Origin: Nemertoderma westbladi
Lineage: Eukaryota; Animalia; Xenacoelomorpha
Length of the DNA: 64,000 nt
Assembly (NCBI GenBank): GCA_032718475.1
Contig: JAUCBJ010001578.1
Location: 1-64,000 of the forward strand
Direction of reading: 5' to 3'
In this document: in pieces, positions 52,231 through 64,000 of the stretch
Layout of the letters: the number at the start of each line of letters is the position of its first letter
Numbering within the stretch: the first letter of the stretch is position 1
Notes under the pieces: generated by a model
What the model saw: only the letters and a program-made list of their open reading frames with translations
Told to the model about the DNA's origin: nothing
Database searches by the model: none
Made by a program: the position numbers and the translations under genes

Positions 52231-55200
52231 TGGGCGCGGACTCTGACACACGATATCTCGTACTGTGCGTTATCTTGCAGACTCCCAGGCACTCCTCTAT
52301 AGAAACCGGCAACAAGTCCGTCAATAGTTGAGTAAATGGTTAGCGCAGCGACGCCCTCGGGCGATGGTAAACCTTGGGCATCCCGCGCGTGGGAGTCGAA
52401 CAGGAAGAACGAAGAGTCAGAGTCTCTACCGATCATCACCGTTATATCGAATGACGTTAGAATGGCGAGATCGGTACGCAGGAAGGCTTGGGTAACTCCC
52501 TGCAGTAAGTTACCATATCCTGGGATAGGATTGGGCGCCCCAGCAATGAGATCCAAAACCGTGAACTCAGCCTTGAGATCCTTGGCAGTAAACGTCGCTG
52601 GAATATCGCGGTGTTGCAAAGCCAGTGGAGATTGTCTAAAAGTTAATAAGTCACAATAATAATAATAAAAAGATTTATTAAAATTTTCTTTACATGTGGG
52701 GCGAGCCACGAAGTTGGCGGAGCCTTAGCGAATTGACACTGTTAGGGGGTGGGTCAATTTATGCAAATAGTTGTCGTCGTCGTCGTCGTTGTCGTCGTCG
52801 TCGTCGTCGTTGTCGTCGTCGTTACGATTTTGACATGCTAATAACTTTGTCGGATTTAAAGCTGCCAAGTTGAAAATTTGTAGGTATCAATATGAGCAAA
52901 AGTTGAGATTTTTGAGAGACTTTCAGACACCATCAGTGCAATGGTCTCCCGCTAGAGGGCCACATGTCTAAACATTAAATGGCCACCCATTCCTTTGCTT
53001 TTAATCCGTTTAAGCTGAAACTTGGGAAGTATGTACTAGACCATTAGCTGTAAATTTCAAAGGAGGCTAATCTGTCTGCAGTTCTCCAGTCTGCCGCTAG
53101 AGGGCGAAATGTCCCGAATGTGAAATTATTCTTCCATTTAGTTGTTTATGATCTGATTACGCTGAAACTTGTCATATATGTACTAGATGACATCCTGAGT
53201 CTTTGTGTGGATTGTAATCGGTCCGAAGTTTTCCAGACTCCCGCTAGAGGGCCACATGTCTAAACATTAAATGGCCACCCATTCCTTTGCTTTTAATCCG
53301 TTTAAGCTGAAACTTGGGAAGTATGTACTAGACCATTAGCTGTAAATTTCAAAGGAGGCTAATCTGTCTGCAGTTCTCCAGTCTGCCGCTAGAGGGCGAA
53401 ATGTCCCGAATGTGAAATTATTCTTCCATTTAGTTGTTTATGATCTGATTACGCTGAAACTTGTCATATATGTACTAGATGACATCCTGAGTCTTTGTGT
53501 GGATTGTAATCGGTCCGAAGTTTTCCAGACTCCCGCTAGAGGGCCACATGTCTAAACATTAAATGGCCACCCATTTCTTTGCTTTTAATCCGTTTAAGCT
53601 GAAACTTGGGAAGTATGTACTAGACCATTAGCTGTAAATTTCAAAGGAGGCTATTCTGTCTGCAGTTCTCCAGTCTGCCGCTAGAGGGCGAAATGTCCCG
53701 AATGTGAAATTATTCTTCCATTTAGTTGTTTATGATCTGATTACGCTGAAACTTGTCATATATGTACTAGAAGACATCCTAAGTCTTTGTGTGTACAGTA
53801 ATCGGTCCGGAGTTTTCGAGTCTGCCGCTAGAGGGCGAAATGTAGGAAAGTGATAACCTTCGCGAATTCCTTGATCTTAATCTATTTAAGCTGAATTTTG
53901 GAATATACAGGACCGGTATGTACTAGACCACATGCCTCGTCTTTGTGAGGAAGGTGATCGATCCGTAGTTCTTTAATATGCCGCTAGAGGGCTAAATGTA
54001 TGAAAGTGAAAACCTTCCAACATTTCGTTATTTATGATCCGTCAATCGGAAACTTGGTAGATATGTAATAGACCATAGGCTGTGGCTTTGTAGGGAAACT
54101 AATCCTTCCTTCTTCAGTTACCCAGTCTCCCGCTAGAGGGTTAACGTTTTCCGGGAAAATCTTCTCCTATGTTTTTATAATCCTTTTGAGTTGATACTTA
54201 GCATTAACTCATTTCACGTGCTGCGCGAAGGCCCCACTTCGTGTTGCCCTTACCACCATGAGAATATTCATGTTGTGCGGCCGCCTTGCATGTTAAGAGT
54301 TGTTTACCTTGATTCATTTTTTACCACGACACAATTTTGGTGTTATTTTTTTGATAAAAATGACCAAAAAACCACACACGTATCAAAGAAACGTCAAGAA
54401 ACTCTGTCTGCGGAAATAATTTGATATTATTATTTTACGAAATTTAAAGTCAAAATAATTGTACTTTAGTAAATGTTTTTCCCGTTTGGGTTTGAAAAAG
54501 TCATTATAAAAAATATGGCGGATTCGAACTCGGTACTTCTGCTTAACAGTCATCACATCAACTAATTTAGCTACCGGTACATGGTCACATATTGTAGTGT
54601 TTTATTGACCAAAAACCACAGGTGCAAACTGCTCAAACAATTATTTAACAAACTGCCATACTAACAATGTAGTAATTAAAAATAAGGTTTTGCTCTTTGC
54701 AAACCCATATTTGACATCATTGCACTAGATACTACTGAGTCCTTTAGTTAGATACATCAATGCTCCTCTAATAAAGAATACGGTACATCACTTCCTCCAA
54801 GCATTGAATTACTTGTAACTTCCTACAACAACCATGTTGCTTCTGGTTTATATTTACTTATTACATTATACTTACTTTCACACATTCACAGGGTGAAAAA
54901 CCAGAACATTTTTTCCAAATATTTTTTAACCAGATCAAATTTGAGAGTTTATGTTAAGTGTATCAGAACTCCACACCGCAACGGATTTTTTGGGCTGATA
55001 AACATTGTGAAATATTATTGTGGGGAACTGAGAACCCAAAAGTGTTAATATTTCCTGAATGACTACTATAAGTAATGAAACACTCACGAAAGTTGTTGAT
55101 AAAGTTGATCTCCCCCAGTGACAATATAATCAACTATCTCACTACTCCATATAACCGGGTTGGTTACAGCGGCCATTCCAGCAGCGAAAGCGGCAACGGC

Positions 55201-56189
55201 AGTGCATTGAACCCCACGAGAGGATACCGGAAATCGTTCGTCACCTGTGAGAAAATTATATTTTGTAGGAATTAACTTTCGTATAATACCAGAAATACTT
55301 AACTGCTTAATTCAGACACAAGTTCAAGGACATTGTGTTTGTTTACATTACCGATATACCGGTAGGTATAGTTTATATATTTAGATAATGTCACGCGCCA
55401 TAAAATCAAAACAATACCGAAATAAACAAATGTAAATGCTATTTGTGTCGGTTGGTTGAATGGTTAGGTTTACAGACAGTTGATTTAAAAGAAAAAGTTT
55501 ATTTAAAACGCAATTGCTTTATTCCCGCCTTAAAACGCAACTGCGTAACTTGTCAGTCATTGCGAAAAACAAAATGTTTATAATATCTGAATAATGTCTG
55601 TATGTGTATAAGTATTCATCTTGGTGCAATGCAGACTGTATAACACTGTAACAGAACGTGCGTATATTACATTACTTACAGTCAGTACGTACATTACCTT
55701 CATATTATCATATTGAAATTTAATTTTAATGTTCGACGAGCAAATAATAAACTAACCTTGGTGAAAGGTACCAGCGATACGAATAGCGGTGGTCGTGATG
55801 CTGGTACCGGGAGTGGATCGCCCTCTTCTGGGAACCATAGCGATCGAAGAAATTCCAGTGGCGGAACGGTTGGCGGTAGCAGGTAGAGGCCTGCCGTCTC
55901 CCGCCACTGGAATTGCGGAGCCGTCGAAACTGGTTGGCATAGCGACGCCCGGACCCGCCACCGCGGCCCCGCCATTAGTAGCGGGAGCAGAAGCTTCTCC
56001 TACAGATGCAGTACTGGTGTATCCACCAGTGCTGCATCTCAACCTACCACTGTCTACACCGGACAGTTGAGAAACTTCGTCGACTCCCGCTACTCCGACG
56101 TCCCGCCGCGGCAGCGATGGAGAAGGTGGATCCGGAAGCTCCTTGCGAACGGCATTGAAGTTAAACTTAGTCCGTTTTTTCGGGGGCAT
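52089..56189 (-). CDS. Spliced herpes-tegument-like (peptidase C76/BPLF1-type) cysteine protease; exons 56189-55757, 55244-55088 and 52635-onward
   Basis: The spliced peptide reads IAGTFHQG|DERFPVSSRGVQCTAVAA...WSSEIVDYIVTGGDQLY...DIP...FFLFDSHARDAQG...GVAAL...QYEISCV. Catalytic QC and FDSH motifs are present, both introns are GT-AG and in phase, and the N-terminus is MPPKKRTK. Confidence 0.8.
52696..54243 (+). mobile_element. HINE/Helentron-like family C, in intron 2 of the protease gene
   Basis: Near-identical inverted copy of 35411-36681 with one extra 292-bp dimer. Flanked T|T. Confidence 0.85.
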
Positions 56190-56819
56190 TATATATAAGG
56201 ATGATAGGGAAGTAAAAATATATTGAAGTTGGTGTAACGGTAATGGTAAAGCAAATCTAACTAACTCCAGAACTCGCTGTCGAAAGCAATCAATAAAACC
56301 AAAAAGCATAAACAGTTAGCAATAACAGAAATTAACACAAATAATAGATCACAGGATCAGCATATAGACCTATAGCATATACAGATATACCGGTACCTAT
56401 ATAATCAGAGAATAGGTCTATGAGTCAGCCAGTAACAGCCTACAGCAGTATAGTATAGGCCTATCAGCCTATAGCTGTATAGCGTATAGGTCATAGGCTG
56501 ATAGGTCTGTCTGTCTGTAGGTTACCGTATGGTAATTTAGGCTAATAAGGCACCCACAGTCAATCAGCATGTACAAGTACTGAAGTAGGACTACCGTACC
56601 GCTACTGTACTTGTTGCATTTGTCTTTATTAAGGTTTTCCGTCTCTGTATCCTTATTTTCATTTCACCTGTTCACCCTCCCACAACTTTCGTTCGTTTAA
56701 GTAACAACTCGGATTAGTGCAGCTGCAGTATTATAGATAACCGAATAAACTACAGGTACTGTACGTACAGTATATGGCTGTATGGTATAACAGGCAGATT
56801 TTATGTTTTATACCAGTCA

Positions 56820-57090
56820 GCCCGGCTGCCCGGTGCAGCTTTGAAGAGCCGGTGGAAGATTTTTCCACCCGGCTGCCCGGTGCAGCATTTTGCATTGCAC
56901 AGAGCCGGCGCAGGATTTTTGCATCTGGCATGGGTGTGGGTTTGCACAGAGCCGGCGCAGGATTTTTCAGGTTTTTTGCACCCGGCGTGGTTTTGCACAG
57001 AGCAGTAGAGCCGGCGCAGGATTTTTGGCACCCAGCGTGGTTTTGCTCAGAGCCGGCGCAGGACTTTTGGCACCCGGCGCCGCGTTCGGC
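56820..57090. repeat. GC-rich degenerate ~40-bp tandem repeat upstream of the protease gene
   Basis: Recurrent cacccggc...ttttgcacagagccggcgcaggattttt. Confidence 0.75.
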
Positions 57091-57914
57091 GCAGAAAATA
57101 AAACTTTTCAATAGGGCGTACCGGTCAGTCGGTAGCAGTACAGCAGTAGCAGAGTCTGACAGCGGTACATCCTGACATCAGTACATACTGACATACATAC
57201 ATAACTCTATACTGCTGTACTGCTATAGCTGTATAGGCTGATAGGCTAATACAGTTAATTAATAGGCCTAACCAACAAAATTCAGAATCAGCCATCAACA
57301 ATCTGACTATCAGACTGTCAGACTTGCAGTTATGGACTGTGGCATATGCAATTACCTGATTACGGCTGTATGGCAGTATGGTACCGGATTGAGCACCAGC
57401 CTGCCAGCACCTGAATGTTAACTAAATTAGGACAGGAAAACGTATGACGTCACTTGCCACGTGTAAATATTGCAGCAGTAATCTGGGAATACAGAATACA
57501 GTAATATTTCTACAGTCAACTCTCAACTGTACAGTACACTATCAGACTATACATACTTATGTAACTAAGAATCATCATCTGGACGGCAGTCCTTGGGGCT
57601 TAACCTAATAATATTATATCTTTAGTTCATGGCAGCCAGCATGGGGGGAGAAACTATTAGCTTTTGCCATTCTAACCAATTTTATCACTGTATCAAAGTA
57701 AAGTAAATAATAATTAGATCAGTTTATCATCTGATTTGAATGTCAATGACGCCGACGCCAATCCATAGTAGAGTATTACTGTATTAACTTTGTATATTTT
57801 AAAGGCAGTGATTTTTTATGTCCTTTTATTTGACTTTTTTTGTCATTTTTTATTTACGAATTATGCATAATGACTTTTGTTGTCCATTTAATGACTTTTA
57901 TTGTCCTTTTATTG

Positions 57915-58088
57915 CCCAGGGCGCATCTCTGCCTTGCATCCTTAAGTGGTAGCTAAATGAGTACTAGAGTTTCCTCTGGGGAGTAAAGTTCTGGGGGGAC
58001 CGCACTGGAAATAAGTCGTCAGACTTTGTGCGTAATCCCTGGCCTAGCGGCCGAAGAAAATTTACTTTACTTTACTTTTATTACTTTT
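57915..58088 (+). mobile_element. 5'-truncated SINE with a Nin/Deu-like domain and (TTTAC)n tail
   Basis: ctgccttgcatccttaagtggtagctaaatgagtact resembles the Nin/Deu core (GCCTTCCATCCTT..GGT.G.TAAATGAGTAC). It ends in tttac repeats. Confidence 0.55.
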
Positions 58089-58339
58089 AATGACTTTTTA
58101 TGTATGTATTTCTTCAAACTGTCAGACTGCTGATTTCTGGACTGTCAGACAGTTGATTTCACTATGCCTGTGCCAAAACATTTCATGATTCCATGATTTA
58201 TAGACTATGAGATAGATTTCCATATGTGCCTGTGGTAAAAAGACTCTATATTTAATAGTTTGTGGTTGTTGTCGATAATCGATTACCACATGACGTAACA
58301 AAACACTCATTTTATAGCCAAAAACAATTACCAATTGAT

Positions 58340-58972
58340 GGAAAGGAGCAGGTTAAGGCCGAGTTTTCTAACCAAAACAATAAACAGTCACTTTACCAAA
58401 TCAGGGAAAGGAGCAGGTTACAGAGACGGGATTTTCTAACCAAAACAATAAACGATCACTTAACTAATTGAGGGAAAGGAGCAGGTTACAGAGGCGGGAT
58501 TTTCTAACCAAAACAATAAACGATCACTTAACTTATTGAGGGAAAGGAGCAGGTTACAGAGGCGGGATTTTCTAACCAAAACAATAAACGATCATTTAAC
58601 TAATTGAGGGAAAGGGACAGGTTACAGGGGCGGAATTTTCTAACCAAAACAATAAACAATCACTTAACTAATTGAGGGAAAGGGGCAGGTTACAGAGGCG
58701 GGATTTTCTAACCAAAACAATAAACGATCATTTAACTAATTGAGGGAAAGGGGCAGGTTACAGAGGCGGGCCTTTCTAACCAAAACAATAAACGGTCACT
58801 TTACCAATTCAGGGAAAGGAGCAGGTTACAGAGGCGGGATTTTCTAACCAAAACAATAAACGATAATTTAACTAATTGAGGGAAAGGGGCAAGTTACAGA
58901 GGCGGGATTTTCTAACCAAAACAATAAACGATCATTTAACTAATTGAGGGAAAGGAGCAGGTTACAGAGACG
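58340..58972. repeat. 68-bp tandem repeat, ~9 copies
   Basis: agggaaagg occurs at 58403, 58471, 58539 and onward. Core gcaggttacagaggcgggattttctaaccaaaacaataaac. Confidence 0.95.
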
Positions 58973-59274
58973 ATAAAACTAATACAGTAATAGGCCTAAA
59001 TTATGTGAAAGGTATATCCACATTTTAAAAATCCTGCAATCCAGTTTGGCCTATCAATTATTTAAAATTTATTAGCACAACCGGTAGGCCTACCATTACC
59101 GTATTTAAATGGTAGGCTACACAGTAGGCCTATAGCAGTACCGGTGCCGGTACCGGTACTAAAATACAGAAATACTTTATACCTACATCTGTACATACAA
59201 TACAGCAAAATAGTGCTATATATACTAATCTCCACAGTCTCCACAGTATTAATGTTTGGCATTAATGTAGCCAT

Positions 59275-60548
59275 TTCGAAACCACGCTGGTGCGATGCGC
59301 GATATCGTGTTTAGTTAATAAATTGAAAACTCCATCAAATCATGTGCAACCAGTAATAAGAAATCGCGATAAATGTAATTAAATAAAAATTATTCTAGAA
59401 AAATTTTCTTCAAAAAGTATGAAGTCTTGGCGTTGGTGACGCGAAACTAGGCTAGTGAGATTCAGGATATTGCGTTTAATATAAGAATCGAAAACGCTAT
59501 CGAATTCCGTAAAGGCGTTAATAAAATACTGCAACTTTTTTGAAATTTGTAAAATTCTAGAACTAGAAAAAATTAAATTTTGAACGGCGCTGTTTGGGGT
59601 TTCGAAACATGGATAGACTGAAAGAGGACATCGAATTAAGTTGAAAAATAAAAACCCCATCGAATTTGGACAAAGCGTTCCGGAGTTATAGCGGATCGAA
59701 AAAAATTGACCCCCCCCAGTCGCCAAAAATTTACAGTGATTTAAAATTTTGCAAAAAAAATTTTTTGCGTTATTTTTGATGGCGAATCGATTGGCAGTAC
59801 TGGCTACGAAAATTTTTTTTTGAAATTTTTGGTCAGAAAAAAAATTATATTTTTAAAAAGATTTGTCTTTGCCTATGGTCAGAGAATGATCCAACTCTGT
59901 AACTTGGCAATCACTCAAATCCATTCAGCTGAATGGCACAGTAGAGTAAACTAAAGTAAATTCCCTATACAATGTTCTGAAGGGGAGACTGACAGAGAGT
60001 AATCCAACAATAAAACATTTTGCAATAATGTTGGCATTAATGTAGCCAACACACTGTGTACTTAAAGTCATTCAGCTTACATTAGCAGAGTGAGATATTC
60101 TCATAGGATGCATTGGGAAGAGTAATTCAGCTGAGGCGATAATAGATTTCTAACTAAACCAACCAGTTAATATTTGCTTTGACAGAGTGTCCTAGGGCCT
60201 AAACAAACAGTATGGGTGTACTAAGTACAATAATCTTGGCAACCTCATCGATTTATACTAAGCCTTGTGTAGAAATCCATTACATAAGCCATTTTTCATC
60301 ACGACACCAGCTGTTATTGGTGTTATTTTACCATTGCGCCTATGGCGTTTTTTCGTTTATGTCTATTTTTCGAGCCCACGGCTCATGGACGAAATAGCGG
60401 AACATACCAGGGACCTTAGAATCGCGGTATCCAGCCGCTGTGAAAATTTCATCAAAATCGTTAGAGTAGTTTTGGCTATAGATTAACCAGCCAGCCAGCC
60501 AATCAATCAGCCAACAATTCTTACAGTAATGAACCTCTCGGTTCCTAA
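59275..60548 (-). mobile_element. Family D, 3'-truncated
   Basis: Matches 45432-46730. Confidence 0.85.
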
Positions 60549-60905
60549 CTAGAGACGGCGTCAAGACGCCGTTAAGCAAGTCGGAAGTCATCAATCAAAT
60601 GTAAATTCCCTAACAATGTTTTCCTATGGTCAGAATGGAAGTGCTATTTACCTATGGTCACAGAGAGATCCCACTCTGTAATTTGGCAATTGCTCAAATT
60701 CATTCAGTTGAATGGCACAGTAGAGTGAACTCAACCTCAACAATTCCCTCAACAATGTTTGCCTATGGTCTGAAAGAACTAACAGTCATTCAGCTTGCAC
60801 AATGTCAATCACCTACAGTATAAAACATTTAGAATGCCACAGTGGGCAGTCAGTCAGTCAGTCAGTCAACAATTCTTACAGTAATCAAGTCTAACGACTT
60901 GCTAA
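60549..60905 (-). mobile_element. Short HINE-like element, family E (~357 bp)
   Basis: 5' end TTAGCAAGTCGTTAGACTTG with (GACT)n. The 3' end has CGACTTGCT, the palindrome ACGGCGTCttGACGCCGT and CTAG. Confidence 0.8.
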
Positions 60906-62380
60906 TTTTAAATAAGAGACAACAAGAATTAGTATAGAACTAATAATTATGTAAAAATACAATCATATTTCATATAATAAATATTATTAAATTCGATCTA
61001 TTATTAGTTGCTCAATTCTAGGACATAATCGACCTGCAACAAGTGAATACCTCGTTTTGGATTTTCGAAACCACGCTGGTGCGATGCGCGATATCGTGCT
61101 TAGTTAATAAATTGAAAACTCCATCAATTCATGTGCAACCAGTAATAAGAAATCGCGATAAATGTAATTCAAAAAAAATTATTCTAGAAAATTTTCCTCA
61201 AAAAGTATGAAGTCTTGGCATTGGTGACGCGAAACTAGGCTAGTGAGATTCAGGATATTGCGTTTAAAATAAAAATCGAAAACGCTATCGAATTCCGTAA
61301 AGGCGTTAATAAAATACTGCAACTTTTTTGAAATTTGTAAAATTCTAGAACTAGAAAAAATTAATTTTTTAACGGCGCTGTTTGGGGTTTCGAAACATGG
61401 ATAGGCTAAAAGAGGACATCGAATTAAGTTGAAAAATGAAAACCCCATCGAATTTGGACAACGCGTTCTGGAGTTATAGCGGATCGAAAAAAATTGACCC
61501 CCCCCAGTCGCCAAAAATTTACAGTAATTTAAAATTTTGCCAAAAAAATTTTTTGCGTTATTTTTTATGGCGAATCGATTGGCAGTACTGGCTACGAAAA
61601 TTTTTTTTTGAAATTTTTGGTCAGAAAAATAAACATGGAAAAGTATATTTTTAAAAAGATTTGATGTCTTTGCCTATGGTCAGATAATGATCCAACTCTG
61701 TAACTTGGCAATCGCTCAAATCCATTCAGCTGAATGGCACAGTAGAGTAAACTAAAGTAAATTCCCTATACAATGTTCTGAAGGGGAGACTGACAGAGAG
61801 TAATCCAACAATAAAACATTTTGCAATAATGTTGGCATTAATGTAGCCAACACACTGTGTACTAAACCGTCATTCAGCTTACATTAGCAGAGGGAGAATC
61901 TTGGATACTCAACTAGAATGCATTGGGAAGAGTTATTCAGCTGAGGCAATAATAGATTTCAAACTAAACCAACCAGTTTATATTTGCTTTGACAGGGCCT
62001 AAACAAACAGTATGGGTGTACTAAGTATAATACTCTTGGCAACCTCATCGATTTAATACTAAGCCTTGTGTAGAATTGCATTACATAAGCCATTTTTCAT
62101 CAGGACACCAGCTGTCATAGGTGTTATTTTACCATTGCGCCTATGGCGTTTTTTTCGTTTATCTCTATTTTTCGAGCCCAGAGGCTATGGACGGAGTAGC
62201 CGATCATGCCAGGGACCTTAGAATCGCGGTATCTAGATGCTGTGAAAATTTCATCAAAATCGTTAGAGTAGTTTTGGCTGTAGATCAGCCAGCCAGTCAG
62301 TCAGCCAGTCAGTCAGCCAGTCAGTCAGCCAGTCAGTCAGCTAACAATTCTTACAGTAATCAAGTCTAACGACTTGCTAA
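60906..62380 (-). mobile_element. Family D body with an E-type 5' end and no 3' end of its own
   Basis: D internal sequence that ends in caagtctaacgacttgctaa rather than gaacctctcggttcctaa. Confidence 0.8.
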
Positions 62381-63868
62381 CTAGTGACGGGCCTAGCGGC
62401 CCGATAAGGAACCGACTTTTTATTTTAAATAAAAGAGACAACGAGAATAAATATAGAACTAATCATTATGTAAAAATACAATCATATTTCATACAATAAT
62501 TATTAATAAATTCAATCAATTATTAGTTGCTCAATTCTAGAACAAAAACGACATGCAACTAGTGAAGACCTCGTTTTGGAATTTCGAAACCACGCTGGTG
62601 CGATGCGCGATATCGTGTTTAGTTAATAAATTGAAAACTCCATCAATTCATGTGCAACCAGTAATAAGAAATCGCGATAAATGTAATTAAATAAAAATTA
62701 TTCTAGAAAAATTTTCCTCAAAAAGTATGAAGTATTGGCATTGGTGACGCGAAACTAGGCTAGTGAGATTCAGGATATTGCGTTTAATATAAAAATCAAA
62801 AACGCTATCAAATTCCGTAAAGGCATTAATAAAATACTGCAACTTTTTTGAAATTTGTAAAATTCTAGAACTAGAAAAAATTAATTTTTGAACGGTGCTG
62901 TTTGGGGTTTCGAAAAATGGATAGGCCTAAAGAGGACGTCGAATTAAGTTGAAAAATAAAAACCCCATCGAATTTGGACAAAGCGTTCCGGAGTTATAGC
63001 GGATCGAAAAAAATTGACCCCCCCCCCAGTCGCCAAAAATTTACAGTAATTTAAAATTTTGCAAAAAAAATTTTTTGCGTTATTTTTGATGGCGAATCGA
63101 TTGGCAGTACTGGCTACAAAAAATTTTTTTTGAAATTTTTGGTCAGAAAAAAAAACATGGAAAAAGTATCTTTTTAAAAAGATTTGATGTCTTTGCCTAT
63201 GGTCAGAGAATGATCCAACTCTGTAACTTGGCAATCGCTCAAATCCATTCAGCTGAATGGCACAGTAGAGTAAACTAAAGTAAATTCCCTATACAATGTT
63301 CTGAAGGGGAGACTGACAGAGTAATCCAACAATAAAACATTTTGCAATAATGTTGGCATTAATGTAGCCAACACACTACTGCATACTAAACCGTCATTCA
63401 GCTTACATTAGCAGAGGGAGAAACTTGGATACTCAACTAGAATGCATTGGGAAGAGTTATTCAGCTGAGGCAATAATAGATTTCAAACTAAACCAACCAG
63501 TTTATATTTGCTTTGACAGGGCCTAAACAAACAGTATGGGTGTACTGAGTACAATAATCTTGGCAACCTCATCGATTTATACTAAGCCTTGTGTAGAAAT
63601 CCATTACATAAGCCATTTTTCATCACGACACCAGCTGTTATTGGTGTTATTTTACCATTGCGCCTATGGCGTTTTTTCGTTTATGTCTATTTTTCGAGCC
63701 CACGGCTCATGGACGAAATAGCGGAACATACCAGGGACCTTAGAATCGCGGTATCCAGCCGCTGTGAAAATTTCATCAAAATCGTTAGAGTAGTTTTGGC
63801 TATAGATTAGCCAGTCAGCCAGTCAATCAGCCAACAATTCTTACAGTAATGAACCTCTCGGTTCCTGA
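62381..63868 (-). mobile_element. Family D, full length
   Basis: Both D termini are present. A partial D copy follows and runs off the window (63869-64000). Confidence 0.85.
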
Positions 63869-64000
63869 TTTTGAAATTTTTGGTCAGAAAAAAAAACATG
63901 GAAAAAGTATCTTTTTAAAAAGATTTGATGTCTTTGCCTATGGTCAGAGAATGATCCAACTCTGTAACTTGGCAATCGCTCAAATCCATTCAGCTGAATG

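Noticed and set aside
56731-57175. Overlapping Cys/Ala-rich ORFs
   Set aside because: Open in several frames because of a GC-rich tandem repeat.
44591-63810. Repeated ORFs MGVLSTII..., MCRNPLHK... and the 241-aa ORF 45494-46219
   Set aside because: They lie in family-D non-autonomous repeats, lengths differ among copies because of homopolymer indels, and no domain is recognisable.

Overview
This is AT-rich eukaryotic DNA, probably from an invertebrate animal (inference from the GT-AG introns and the transposon families present). Almost all of it is nested transposable elements, with no clear single-copy host gene. (1) From about 1.8 to 33.8 kb lies a head-to-tail array of non-autonomous Helitrons (families A and B, minus strand, 5'-TC...hairpin-CTAG-3'). 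Their bodies are ~146-bp tandem units, each carrying a CTCF-like motif (CCGCTAGAGGGCG). (2) A 12-kb Bel/Pao LTR element is inserted in this array (3939-15906, TSD CAGAC). It encodes a long Gag-protease polyprotein, keeps only two short in-frame Pol remnants, and has a 3-kb 3' region with extra reading frames and paired hairpins. (3) From 37 to 44 kb there is an intron-containing Helitron1-type Pif1 helicase pseudogene with a convergent spliced OB-fold gene. (4) From 50.4 to 56.2 kb there is a spliced herpes-tegument-like (peptidase C76) cysteine protease gene joined out of frame to a 5'-truncated Helentron-type Pif1 helicase. (5) The rest comprises several HINE/Helentron-like families (C, D, E), minisatellites and a SINE fragment. 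No Rep/HUH domain and no reverse transcriptase is visible in the window. All family and domain assignments come from motif recognition by eye; no database search was run.
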